The notes beneath the pieces were generated by a model. That model was not told the origin of the DNA. It did no database searches and saw only the letters and a list, made by a program, of their open reading frames with translations. Below, one piece after another: positions 1 to 10,322 of a DNA stretch of 11,621 nt. Both the position numbers and the translations under genes were made by a program. The stretch is from contig JBHIAV010000068.1 in NCBI GenBank assembly GCA_046758745.1, positions 1 to 11,621 on the forward strand, written 5' to 3'. This DNA comes from Gemmatimonadota bacterium (lineage in GTDB: Bacteria > Gemmatimonadota > Gemmatimonadetes > Palauibacterales > Palauibacteraceae). Positions within the stretch are counted from its first letter, which is position 1; each line of letters opens with the position of its first letter.

Positions 1-7
1 CCTCGCC

Positions 8-694
8 GTGCTCGAGACGGAGGTCATCGCGTGCCGTCGCTGCCCGCGGCTCGTCCGGTGGCGAGAGGAAGTCGCGGCCACGAAGCGGGCGGCGTTCGCC
101 GACCAGGAGTACTGGGGGCGACCCGTGCCGGGGTTCGGCGACCCGGACGCCTGGCTGCTCGTCGTCGGGCTGGCGCCGGCCGCCCATGGGGCGAACCGCA
201 CGGGTCGCATGTTCACCGGCGATCGCTCGGGCGACTGGCTGTACCGGGCGCTCCACCGAGCCGAGCTGGCCACGCAGCCCGAGTCCACCTCACGCCGCGA
301 CGGTCTCTCCCTGCGAGGAGCGTACATCACCGCTGCGGTGCGGTGCGCCCCCCCGGCAAACCGGCCGACACCGTCGGAGCGGGAAGCCTGCCGGCCGTAC
401 CTGGAGCGCGAGCTCGAGCTCCTGGAGGGCATACAGGTGATCGTGGCCCTGGGCGCGTTCGCCTACGCGCACGTGCTCCGGATCCTACGCGACCGCGGGC
501 TGGCGATCCCGTCGCCGGCACCCCGCTTCGCTCACGGGGGCGAGGTTCGGGCCGGGGGCCGCCTGACGGTGCTCGCGTCGTACCACCCGAGCCAGCAAAA
601 CACCTTCACCGGGAAACTGACGGAGAGGATGTTCGACGCGGTGTGGCGGCGCGCGCTGGAGCTGCGTCCGGACAGGCGCCGCCGCACGCCGTGA
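8..694 (+). CDS. udgB: Uracil-DNA glycosylase, family 5 (UdgB-like, [4Fe-4S]); possibly 5'-truncated by the window edge
   Basis: Motifs GLAPAAHGANRTGRMFTGDRSG and YHPSQQN are typical of family-5 UDG. Cys pattern CRRC...RCAPP...EAC fits an Fe-S cluster. The frame is open to the window start, so the true start may lie upstream. Confidence 0.9.
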   Translation: MLETEVIACRRCPRLVRWREEVAATKRAAFADQEYWGRPVPGFGDPDAWLLVVGLAPAAHGANRTGRMFTGDRSGDWLYRALHRAELATQPESTSRRDGLSLRGAYITAAVRCAPPANRPTPSEREACRPYLERELELLEGIQVIVALGAFAYAHVLRILRDRGLAIPSPAPRFAHGGEVRAGGRLTVLASYHPSQQNTFTGKLTERMFDAVWRRALELRPDRRRRTP

Positions 695-782
695 GGTCGC
701 GCACGTCCTGCGGCGTGGCCTCGGAGCCGCCGAGCTCGTCGACCTCGCGCGCGTGGCGGATCGTCCCGCCGGGGCGAGCCCG

Positions 783-1502
783 GTGAGCGGGGTCCTCCCG
801 GCCGCGCTCGCCATCGGAGCCCTCGCGTGCGCGGCCTGGTGGCGACGCCGTCACCCGATCCCGTGCCCCGCCCGCTTCGCATGGCTGCTCGAAAACCCGT
901 TGATGGAGCGGGTGGCGGGAGCGGAAGCGATCGTGGATCGACTTCAGGTGGAGGCGGGCATGACGGTGCTGGACGCCGGGTGCGGCGCCGGTCGCGTGAC
1001 GGTCGCCCTCGCACGCGCCGTCGGGCCCGGGGGTCGCGTGGTGGCCGTGGACGTCCAGCGCGCTATGCTGAACAGGATGGAGGACCGGCTTCGCAAAGAG
1101 GGAATCGGGAACGTCGAGAGCCTGCACGCGGCGCTCGGAGAGGGGGACCTCCCTGCCGGGTTGTTCGACCGGGCTGTGCTGGTGGCCGTCCTCGGCGAGA
1201 TACCGGACCGCGCCGCCGCCCTGGCCGAGATTCACGCCGCCCTCCGGCCGGGCGGCCTGCTGTCGATCACCGAGATTCTGCCGGACCCCGACTACCAGGG
1301 CCGGCGGGCGGTGCTCCGCCAGTGCGAGCGAGCGGGCTTCGCCTTCGCGGCCGCGTACGGGCGCGGCCTCGCCTATACGGCGAACTTCCGCAAGCCGGCG
1401 GCCGCGTCGGAACGTTCGGCCTCGGCGAGCGCGCGAAGCGGTCCGGCGCGCCGTGGCTGCGCTCCGGCCGGGACCGAGGCGATCTGGAGGCGGGACGAAT
1501 GA
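783..1502 (+). CDS. Class I SAM-dependent methyltransferase with N-terminal hydrophobic anchor
   Basis: Motif I VLDAGCGAG, VVAVDVQ, FDRAVLV and LRPGG. Hydrophobic N-terminus (VLPAALAIGALACAAWW). Start uncertain: GTG at 783 or 753. Confidence 0.85.
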   Translation: MSGVLPAALAIGALACAAWWRRRHPIPCPARFAWLLENPLMERVAGAEAIVDRLQVEAGMTVLDAGCGAGRVTVALARAVGPGGRVVAVDVQRAMLNRMEDRLRKEGIGNVESLHAALGEGDLPAGLFDRAVLVAVLGEIPDRAAALAEIHAALRPGGLLSITEILPDPDYQGRRAVLRQCERAGFAFAAAYGRGLAYTANFRKPAAASERSASASARSGPARRGCAPAGTEAIWRRDE

Positions 1503-2071
1503 GCGAGTGGGCGTTTCACCCTCTGACCCGCGAGCGATGGTCCGATTTCGAGCGGCTGTTCGGAGAGCGCGGCGCCGTCGGGGGGTGCTGGTGCATGTGG
1601 TGGCGGCTCGAGCACTCCGAGTACGAGGCGAACAAGGGCATGGCCAACCGCCACGCCATGAAGGCGATTGTCGAGGCCGGAGATCCGCCCGGGATCCTCG
1701 CGTATTCGGGTGAGGAGCCCGTGGGATGGTGCGCCGTTGCGCCCCGCGAGAGCTACCCGAGGCTTGCCCGATCGCGAATTCTCAAGCCGATCGACGACAC
1801 CCCCGTGTGGTCGGTCACCTGCCTCTTCATCGACAAGCGCTTCCGCGGCCGCGGCCTCTCCGTCGCCCTGCTCGAAGCGGCCTGCGGGTACGTGCGGGAT
1901 CGCGGCGGACGGGTGCTGGAAGGCTACCCGGTCGAGCCGAGGAACCCCCCCATGCCGCCGGTCTTCGCGGCGACAGGGATCGCTTCGGCGTTCCGCGCCG
2001 CGGGGTTCGCGGAGGTGGCGCGGCGGTCGGAGACGCGGCCCATCATGCGGCGGGAGACACGGAGCCGGTAG
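1499..2071 (+). CDS. GNAT-family N-acetyltransferase
   Basis: 3' part of ORF 827..2071. ATG at 1499 overlaps the upstream stop (ATGA), with GGAGG at 1486-1490. Acetyl-CoA motif RFRGRGLSVALL, plus CWCMWWR, GWCAVAPR and EGYP. Confidence 0.88.
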   Translation: MSEWAFHPLTRERWSDFERLFGERGAVGGCWCMWWRLEHSEYEANKGMANRHAMKAIVEAGDPPGILAYSGEEPVGWCAVAPRESYPRLARSRILKPIDDTPVWSVTCLFIDKRFRGRGLSVALLEAACGYVRDRGGRVLEGYPVEPRNPPMPPVFAATGIASAFRAAGFAEVARRSETRPIMRRETRSR

Positions 2072-2082
2072 CGCTGCCCCGC

Positions 2083-3099
2083 TCAGACGGCTAGTCGCGA
2101 CGGGCCGATCGCCAGCATGCGCTCGAGCGCGACGAGCGCCCGAAGGCGGACATCCTCCCGGACCTCCACGACGTGCTGGAGATTCTGCAGCGAGGCTAGG
2201 GTCTTGTCGAGCGTGATCCTCTTCATGTGCGGACAGATCGTGCACGGCTTTACGAATTCCAGCTCGGGGTGGGCCGACTGCACGTTGTCCGACATGCTGC
2301 ACTCGGTAATCATGATCACTCGCTCGCTGCGCACCGAGTCGAGATAGTCCATCATCGCGCCGGTAGACCCGACGAAGTCCGCCTCCGCGCACACCTCGGG
2401 CGAGCACTCCGGGTGGGCCAGTACCTCGATATCGGGGTACTGGGCTCGGTAGGCGCGGATCTCATCGACTGTGAACTGCTCGTGCACGACACACCGTCCG
2501 CGCCAGGCGATAACCTCGACGTCGGTCTGCGCTGCCACGTTGCGCGCCAGGTACTCGTCCGGCAGGAAGATCACCCGGTCGGTGCCGAGGGACTCGACCA
2601 CGGCGACCGCGTTCGCCGAGGTGCAGCAGATGTCCGACTCGGCTTTGATCGCGGCGGGAGTGTTGACGTAGGTGACCACCGGCACGCCCGGATAGCGCTC
2701 CTTGAGCAGGAGGACGTCCTCCACCGTGATGCTCTCCGACAGGGAGCACCCGGCCTCGAGATCCGGGATGAGGACGGTGCGATCGGGGTTCAGGATGCTC
2801 GCCGTCTCCGCCATGAAGTGGACCCCACAGAAGACGATGACGTCGGCATCGGAGTCGCGCGCCGCCCGTGCAAGGCCGAGGGAGTCACCCACGTGGTCGG
2901 AGATTCCGTGGAAGATCTCCGGCACCATGTAGTTGTGCCCGAGGATGACGGCGTTCCGATCCTTCTTCAGCCGGTTGATCTCAGCGATGAGCGGGGCGTG
3001 CATCTCCCACTCGAATCGTGGAATGGCGTGTCGTACCTTGGGATATATGTGCTCAGTGGCCTGCGCGACATCAGGGGTGAAATCGAGCGTAGCGGGCAA
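2083..3099 (-). CDS. nadA: Quinolinate synthase A ([4Fe-4S])
   Basis: Motifs ILGHNY, GDSLGLA, FCGVHFMAE, AGCSL, YVNT, CTSANA, CVVH, HPEC, GST and CPHMK. Probable TTG start at 3099 with AGGAGG (plus strand 3105-3110) 5 nt upstream. Confidence 0.96.
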   Translation of the reverse strand: MPATLDFTPDVAQATEHIYPKVRHAIPRFEWEMHAPLIAEINRLKKDRNAVILGHNYMVPEIFHGISDHVGDSLGLARAARDSDADVIVFCGVHFMAETASILNPDRTVLIPDLEAGCSLSESITVEDVLLLKERYPGVPVVTYVNTPAAIKAESDICCTSANAVAVVESLGTDRVIFLPDEYLARNVAAQTDVEVIAWRGRCVVHEQFTVDEIRAYRAQYPDIEVLAHPECSPEVCAEADFVGSTGAMMDYLDSVRSERVIMITECSMSDNVQSAHPELEFVKPCTICPHMKRITLDKTLASLQNLQHVVEVREDVRLRALVALERMLAIGPSRLAV

Positions 3100-3142
3100 G
3101 TTCGCCTCCTGTCGAAAGGGTTGTAGATGTGCCGGCCAGTAA

Positions 3143-5260
<2,118 letters not shown>

Positions 5261-5275
5261 AGAGGGGTCGTTGAG

Positions 5276-7090
5276 GTGGAGAACATCGAGATCGCCCGCA
5301 CCCTTTCCGAGTTCGCCGACCTGCTCGAGATCAAGGGCGAGACGAACCCCTTCCGCATCCGCGCCTACCGGAACGCGGTGCACACGATCCAGGATCACAC
5401 CGTTCCCCTGCGCAAGCTGGTAGAGGAGGGTGCCGACTTGACGGAGCTTCCGGCGATCGGGAAGGAGATGGCGCGCCACATAGAGGAGCTGGTCCGCACG
5501 GGGCGCCTCGGGCTGCTCAAGGAGCTCGCCGAGGAGGTACCCCGCTCGCTGGTCGAGATCACCCGTCTCCCCGGCGTGGGTCCCAAGCGCACCAAGAAGC
5601 TGTGGGCGGAGCTCGAAGTCACCACGGTGGACGAGCTCGAGGCCGTCGCCGAGTCGGGACGGGTGGCAGGGCTGGAGGGGTTCGGCGAGAAGACGCAGGC
5701 GCGCATCCTTCGCGGGATCGCCGAGTACCGAAGCCGACACGGCCGCTTCCTCCTCGCCGCCGCCGACCAGATCGTGCAGCCGCTGCTCGAGCACCTGCGG
5801 GGTGCGGAGGGGCTGGAGCGGATCGAGGTTGCCGGGAGCTACCGTCGCCGCAAGGAGACCGTCGGGGACATCGACATCCTGGCCATCGCGACGGAGCCGC
5901 GGCCGGTGATGGAGCGGTTCACGAGCTTCGAGCGCGTCTCGCGCGTGGAGATGTCGGGCGGCACGCGTGGGACCGTTCGCCTCGCCTCCGGCCTGCAGGT
6001 GGACCTCAGGGTCGTCCCGCCGGAGAGCTACGGGGCGGCGCTCGTGTACTTCACGGGCTCGAAGGAGCACAACATCGAGCTGAGGAAGCGGGCTCTCGAC
6101 CGCGGGCTCTCCATCTCCGAGTACGGTGTCTTCCGCCTCGAGGCGGATGTGGGGCGGGAAGAGGCGGACGGCGGCATCTCGGCCGCCGGAGCCGACGAGC
6201 CTCCCGCGCCGGCGGAAGCCGCTTCGGCGCGTCAGAAGGGGGAGATGGTGGCGGGGGCGACCGAGGAGGAGGTGTACGGGGCCGCGGGGCTCCCGTGGAT
6301 TCCGCCCGAGCTCCGGGAAAACCGCGGAGAGATCGAGGCGGCGGAACGCGGCGAGCTCCCGCGCCTGCTGGAGCTCTCGGACATCCGCGGCGACCTCCAG
6401 ATGCACTCGACCTGGTCCGACGGGCAGAACTCGATCGAGGAGATGCTCGAGGCGTGTGCGAGCCGCGGCTACGAGTACCTGGCGCTCACGGACCACAGCA
6501 AGGCGCTGGCGATGATCGGAGGGCTCGACGCGGAGCGGTTGGAGGCGCAGTGGGCCGAGATCGATGAGGTCGTGGCCCGGCACGACGGGATCCGTCTCCT
6601 TCGGAGCATGGAGGTCGACATCCTTCCGGACGGGGCGCTGGACCTCGAGGACGAGTGGCTGGAGCGGCTCGACATCGTCGTCGTCTCCGTGCATTCGCGC
6701 TTCGATCTGCCCGTGGGGCAGCAGACCGAACGCATCCTCCGGGCGCTGCGCCACCCGTCGGTCGACATCCTGGCCCACCCGACCGGGCGGCTGATCGGGC
6801 GGCGAGAGCCGTTCCCCTTCGACCTCGACGAGGTCCTGACGTGCGCGGCGGAGCACCACGTGGCGGTAGAGCTGAACGCCCACCCGGAGCGGCTGGACCT
6901 CGCCGATGCGCAGCTCATGGAGGCGAAGCGACGCGGCGTAGCCGTCGTCATCAGCACGGACGCCCACCGCACCGCGGACCTGGATCTCATGCGCTACGGG
7001 GTGGAGCAAGCCCGGCGCGCGTGGCTCGAGCCGGGCGACGTCCTCAACACCCTCTCCGCGGAGGAGCTGCTGGCGGCGCTGGGGAAGTAG
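5276..7090 (+). CDS. polX: DNA polymerase X with C-terminal PHP (3'-5' exonuclease/phosphoesterase) domain
   Basis: NPFRIRAY, GSYRR, catalytic GDIDIL and VDLR, YFTGSKEHN. PHP motifs DLQMHS, TDHS, EVD, AHP and TDAH. Starts 15 nt after the ligA stop, with GAGGGG at 5262-5267. Confidence 0.96.
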   Translation: MENIEIARTLSEFADLLEIKGETNPFRIRAYRNAVHTIQDHTVPLRKLVEEGADLTELPAIGKEMARHIEELVRTGRLGLLKELAEEVPRSLVEITRLPGVGPKRTKKLWAELEVTTVDELEAVAESGRVAGLEGFGEKTQARILRGIAEYRSRHGRFLLAAADQIVQPLLEHLRGAEGLERIEVAGSYRRRKETVGDIDILAIATEPRPVMERFTSFERVSRVEMSGGTRGTVRLASGLQVDLRVVPPESYGAALVYFTGSKEHNIELRKRALDRGLSISEYGVFRLEADVGREEADGGISAAGADEPPAPAEAASARQKGEMVAGATEEEVYGAAGLPWIPPELRENRGEIEAAERGELPRLLELSDIRGDLQMHSTWSDGQNSIEEMLEACASRGYEYLALTDHSKALAMIGGLDAERLEAQWAEIDEVVARHDGIRLLRSMEVDILPDGALDLEDEWLERLDIVVVSVHSRFDLPVGQQTERILRALRHPSVDILAHPTGRLIGRREPFPFDLDEVLTCAAEHHVAVELNAHPERLDLADAQLMEAKRRGVAVVISTDAHRTADLDLMRYGVEQARRAWLEPGDVLNTLSAEELLAALGK

Positions 7091-7162
7091 GGCGAAGGCG
7101 ATCGCTCCCGGTCGAGCGCGTGGACCGGGTCGGGCTCCTCTCCCATGTGGCGGGAGTTCCCG

Positions 7163-8308
7163 CTACGTGGCGGTCTCCTGGTAACAGACGTGGATCCCGC
7201 GGGCGGCGAGCTCGCGCAGGTAGATGTCGGCCGGGATGCACTCGTCCGGCGGGAGAACTCCGCTCCGGTCGATCACGTCGCGGCCCATAAGCAATCCGAC
7301 GATGCTCAGGGTGAAGCCGGTGCACCGCATCATGGCGGTGATGCCCGTCTCCTCGTCGCGTCGGTCGAGGAGATCCCAGGTATGGGTGGAGAGTCCATCC
7401 CGCTTCTTCCCCCGCGCGATCACGCGCAGCGCCACGAGGTCGGGCTCCTCCGGCCTCGTCAGCAGAGGCGTCACACAGGCGATGAAGACATCGCGCGGCA
7501 CCACCTCCCGGCCGTCCAGGCAGATCGGCTCGTTCGACAGGAGCCCGAGTTGGCGGATGCTTCGCATCATCTCCGCGTGGCCCGGGTAGCGGAGCGTCTT
7601 GTACTCCAGACGTTTCACCCGTCCCTCGTAGCGCCAGGGCAGGGTCGAGGAGCCGCCCCCCGTGTGAAAGGCTTCCAGAGTTCCCAGTACGCCGAACTCC
7701 AGCTCCTCCACCTCCGAGAGCGCATCGATCTGCTGCGGGTGGCCGTCGCGGATGATCCAGGACGGGGTGGTGTAGTAGTCGAGTGCCCCCTCCAGGGAGT
7801 ACACCACCTGGTAGTTCAAGGGCGGCTGCGGGTTCTGCGGCAGCCCGCCCACGTACATCCGCACGCTGTCGACTTCGTCGAGGCGCCGGATCCCCTCGGC
7901 CGCCAGCACGTTCACCATCCCGGGGGCGAGGCCGACGTCCGGGATGACCGTGCAGCCGGCCGCCCGGGCCTCGGGGTCCATCTCGAGCTGCTCGAACACG
8001 ATCTGGGTGTTGCCGCCGAGGTCGCTGAAATCGCTGCCGCACTCGATCGCCATGCGAGCCAGCGGGCCGTTGAAGTAATAGGGAGCCGCCGACAGGACGA
8101 CGTCGTGCTCGGCCATGAGGGCGCGCGTAGCGGCCTCGTCGGAGAAGTCCACGGCGGCGCGGCGGAGGCGCTCGTCGTCGGGCAGGAACGGCGCTCCTCG
8201 GTCCGGCCGGATGTCGGCTATCGTGACCCGCCCGACGTCCTCCTGCGCCAGCAGATCGAAGGCGCACGCCGAGCCCTGAAGTCCACATCCCAACACCAGT
8301 ATCTTCAT
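7163..8308 (-). CDS. Saccharopine dehydrogenase / lysine dehydrogenase-family NAD(P)-dependent oxidoreductase
   Basis: Rossmann start MKILVLGCGLQG, then DLGG, GLAPG, VGGLPQNP, EAFHTGGG, YKTLRYPGH, TAMMRCTG and GVLPPD. Probable ATG at 8308. Exact substrate cannot be determined. Confidence 0.88.
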   Translation of the reverse strand: MKILVLGCGLQGSACAFDLLAQEDVGRVTIADIRPDRGAPFLPDDERLRRAAVDFSDEAATRALMAEHDVVLSAAPYYFNGPLARMAIECGSDFSDLGGNTQIVFEQLEMDPEARAAGCTVIPDVGLAPGMVNVLAAEGIRRLDEVDSVRMYVGGLPQNPQPPLNYQVVYSLEGALDYYTTPSWIIRDGHPQQIDALSEVEELEFGVLGTLEAFHTGGGSSTLPWRYEGRVKRLEYKTLRYPGHAEMMRSIRQLGLLSNEPICLDGREVVPRDVFIACVTPLLTRPEEPDLVALRVIARGKKRDGLSTHTWDLLDRRDEETGITAMMRCTGFTLSIVGLLMGRDVIDRSGVLPPDECIPADIYLRELAARGIHVCYQETAT

Positions 8309-8518
8309 ATCCAAAACTGAGTTGCTACGTTCCCTGGCTGCTCGCTAGCGGGGCGGAAAGCCGGCGCCGGCCGCCGCCGCCGATGAGGCGGCGTTGAGAC
8401 CGGGCCGGAATATACTGCCGGCGAGGTGCCCCGAAAGGCTCGCCCGGGGGAGAGGGGGCGGGAGGGCCGCGGGGTGGGCCTGAAAGGCTGCCGGAGCGGT
8501 CGAATCGGAGGATACGCC

Positions 8519-9463
8519 ATGCCCGAAGGGATGCGGGTCCGGCGCGAAGCTCCCGTCCCGGTTCACCGTCAGATCGTCTCTCAGCTGGAAGCGGAGATCC
8601 TGGACGGCCGGCTTCCCCCCGGGCGGCGGCTCCCGAGTCTTCGGGCGCTGGCGGACCGCCTCCGGGTGCACCGGAACACGGTAGCGGCGGCGTATCGGGT
8701 GCTCCAGCGGGGCGGGTTGGTGCGGACGGCGCCGGGGAGCGGGGTGTACGTCCGCTCGCTCGTCGCGCCGGATGACGCGCTTGCCGGGGCGCTCCGCCGA
8801 CTCTTGCTTGCGCAGCGGGCCGCCGGCCTGGCCGCCCCTGAGATCCTGGCGGGTGTGCGCGCCTGGATCGGGACCCTGGAGGCAGGTCGGCTCGCGGTCG
8901 TCGAGGAAGAACCGGGCCTGCTCGCCCTCCTCACGCGGGAGGTGCGGGGCCTTTTCCCCGCCGCCGAGATCCGCGGCATTCCCCTGGACAAGGTTCGAGG
9001 AAGACCCGGGCAACTCGGGCGCTGGATCCCCCTCGCCCGTCCTCATCACCTCGATGAGCTGCGCCTGCGCCTCCCGCCGTGGAGCGAGGTGCTCCCTCTC
9101 CGCGCCCGCCTGCCGCACTCCCTGACCTCTCGGCTCGAACGCCTGCGGCTCCCGGCGGTGGTCGCCGTAGTGTCGGTGAGCGAGGTCGTGCGGCGGCGCG
9201 TCCAGGAAGTCGCGTGGCGTGTACACGGCGAGGCGATCGGTTTCGTCGAGTCCCATCCGAGCGACGGAGCGAGGCTGGCCCGCGCCGCCAGACTGGCCGA
9301 CCTGATCGTCTCGGACGCGCCCTCTCTCCAGCGGCTTCCTCTTGAAGCGCGCCCGCGGTGCATCGAGATCCGGCTTGTCGACCGGGGCTCGCTGCGTGAG
9401 GTTGGGTCCCTGCTGGAGGGGATACGGCAGAAGCCTACGGGCCGCGATGGCAAGCACCATTAA
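8519..9463 (+). CDS. GntR-family transcriptional regulator, long form with PlmA-like C-terminal region
   Basis: wHTH segment QIVSQL...PPGRRLPSLRALADRLRVHRNTVAAAY...GSGVYV. ATG at 8519 with GGAGGA at 8507-8512. About 314 aa. Subfamily assignment is from remembered similarity only. Confidence 0.88.
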   Translation: MPEGMRVRREAPVPVHRQIVSQLEAEILDGRLPPGRRLPSLRALADRLRVHRNTVAAAYRVLQRGGLVRTAPGSGVYVRSLVAPDDALAGALRRLLLAQRAAGLAAPEILAGVRAWIGTLEAGRLAVVEEEPGLLALLTREVRGLFPAAEIRGIPLDKVRGRPGQLGRWIPLARPHHLDELRLRLPPWSEVLPLRARLPHSLTSRLERLRLPAVVAVVSVSEVVRRRVQEVAWRVHGEAIGFVESHPSDGARLARAARLADLIVSDAPSLQRLPLEARPRCIEIRLVDRGSLREVGSLLEGIRQKPTGRDGKHH

Positions 9464-9737
9464 GGTACAGATCGTGACGGCGTCGGTGCCGGAGTCCTCG
9501 AGGGAGCGCTACCTCGGGGCGTGGGCCGAGTGGAGCGGGTCCCTGTTCGCGATGGGGATTCGGAGCGAGCTGCTGGAGTGCGAGGATGAGCCGGGCACCT
9601 TCACCGAGCTGACGTGGCTCGAGCTCGGCGAGGAAGGAGCCCTGGCGGACGACCGCATGGTCCGAATCAACGATGAGCTGAGCGCGGCGGCCGAGCGCCG
9701 GGTGGGGGACCAGAGGCTGCACGCGCGGGTAGAATGA
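9447..9737 (+). CDS. Hypothetical 96-aa acidic protein, possibly a dimeric alpha/beta-barrel (ABM/NIPSNAP-like) fold
   Basis: ATG at 9447 overlaps the GntR 3' end by 17 nt. Codon usage is GC3-rich like the neighbours. Pattern reads strand-helix (SRERYLGAW)-strand-EDEPGTFTELTW. Confidence 0.7.
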   Translation: MASTIKVQIVTASVPESSRERYLGAWAEWSGSLFAMGIRSELLECEDEPGTFTELTWLELGEEGALADDRMVRINDELSAAAERRVGDQRLHARVE

Positions 9738-9796
9738 CCCGCTGCTCATCCCAATGAGGTTGCCGCCTCGGGAGCTGCCAGGTCAAGATCCTGCGC

Positions 9797-9825
9797 TTGA
9801 TCGCTTCGGAGCCCGTTCCTATTAT
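9797..9825 (+). promoter_or_regulatory. sigma70-type promoter for the tRNA cluster
   Basis: TTGATC (9797-9802), 17-nt spacer, TATTAT (9820-9825), about 30 nt upstream of tRNA-Gln in an otherwise GC-rich context. Confidence 0.75.
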
Positions 9826-9854
9826 CGTCTGCCGGCAAGAAGCGGTTGTCTCGG

Positions 9855-9927
9855 TGGCCCGTGGTGTAACTGGCAACACGCTTGGCTCTGGACCAAGAGA
9901 CTCCTGGTTCGAACCCAGGCGGGCCAA
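9855..9927 (+). tRNA. tRNA-Gln(CUG)
   Basis: Acceptor TGGCCCG/CGGGCCA (U1-A72), anticodon arm CTTGG-CT CTG GA-CCAAG, T arm GGTTCGAACCC. CCA not encoded. Confidence 0.96.
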
Positions 9928-9956
9928 TTCGATCGGACCAAGGTGAGGGCAGAGCG

Positions 9957-10000
9957 GTGAGGAGTCGCGTGGTTCCCGGGGCGCGGCCTTCACTTTTTTT
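9957..10000 (+). terminator. Intrinsic terminator-like hairpin
   Basis: GTGAGG-A-GTCGCGT pairs with GCGCGGC-CTTCAC (several G-U pairs, one bulge, 10-nt loop), followed directly by T7. Confidence 0.6.
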
Positions 10001-10060
10001 GTTGCCGCGAGCGCATCGGCTCGTCGCGCGAGGTCTCACTCGCGGCCTAGGCGAGCCCAC

Positions 10061-10146
10061 GGAGGGGTGGCCGAGAGGCTAAAGGCGGCGCCCTGCTAAG
10101 GCGTTGGGCCGAAAGGCCCGCGCGGGTTCGAATCCCGCCCCCTCCG
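10061..10146 (+). tRNA. tRNA-Ser(GCU)
   Basis: Acceptor GGAGGGG/CCCCTCC, G73 discriminator, anticodon arm GCGCC-CT GCT AA-GGCGT, long variable arm GGGCC-GAAA-GGCCC, T loop GGTTCGAATCC. Confidence 0.96.
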
Positions 10147-10155
10147 TATCCCGCT

Positions 10156-10245
10156 GGACGGGTGGCCGAGCGGCTTAAGGCGCACGCCTGGAGAGCGTGT
10201 GGGCTCCCACAAGGAGCCTCGTGGGTTCAAATCCCACCCCGTCCG
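10156..10245 (+). tRNA. tRNA-Ser(GGA)
   Basis: Acceptor GGACGGG/CCCGTCC, G73, anticodon arm CACGC-CT GGA GA-GCGTG, long variable arm GGCTCC...GGAGCC, GGTTCAAATCC. Confidence 0.96.
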
Positions 10246-10322
10246 CCTTCACACATCGCTCGCATCGGGCCCGGTGCCGCGGCGGCCCGCCGACGGCGCC
10301 CTCCATTACGGCTCGAGCCCCC

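Noticed and set aside
827..1498. Apparent 414-aa fusion extending the GNAT N-terminus
   Set aside because: The upstream part is an Arg/Gly/Pro-rich off-frame reading of the methyltransferase gene. The RBS and ATGA overlap point to 1499 as the start.
7163..8308. Dehydrogenase acting as a NadB substitute for the nearby nadA
   Set aside because: Its motifs fit the saccharopine dehydrogenase family, not L-aspartate oxidase or L-aspartate dehydrogenase, and it is not adjacent to nadA.
7145..8320. 391-aa plus-strand ORF (likewise 2227..3126 + and 8345..9460 -)
   Set aside because: Antisense mirrors of real genes, with no independent coding evidence.
8394..8416. sigma70 promoter TTGAGA...TATACT for the GntR gene
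   Set aside because: The spacer is only 11 nt, which is incompatible with a canonical -35/-10 pair.
9940..10000. T-box element (GTGGTTCC before the U-tract)
   Set aside because: No Stem I or specifier loop, and a poor match to the T-box consensus.
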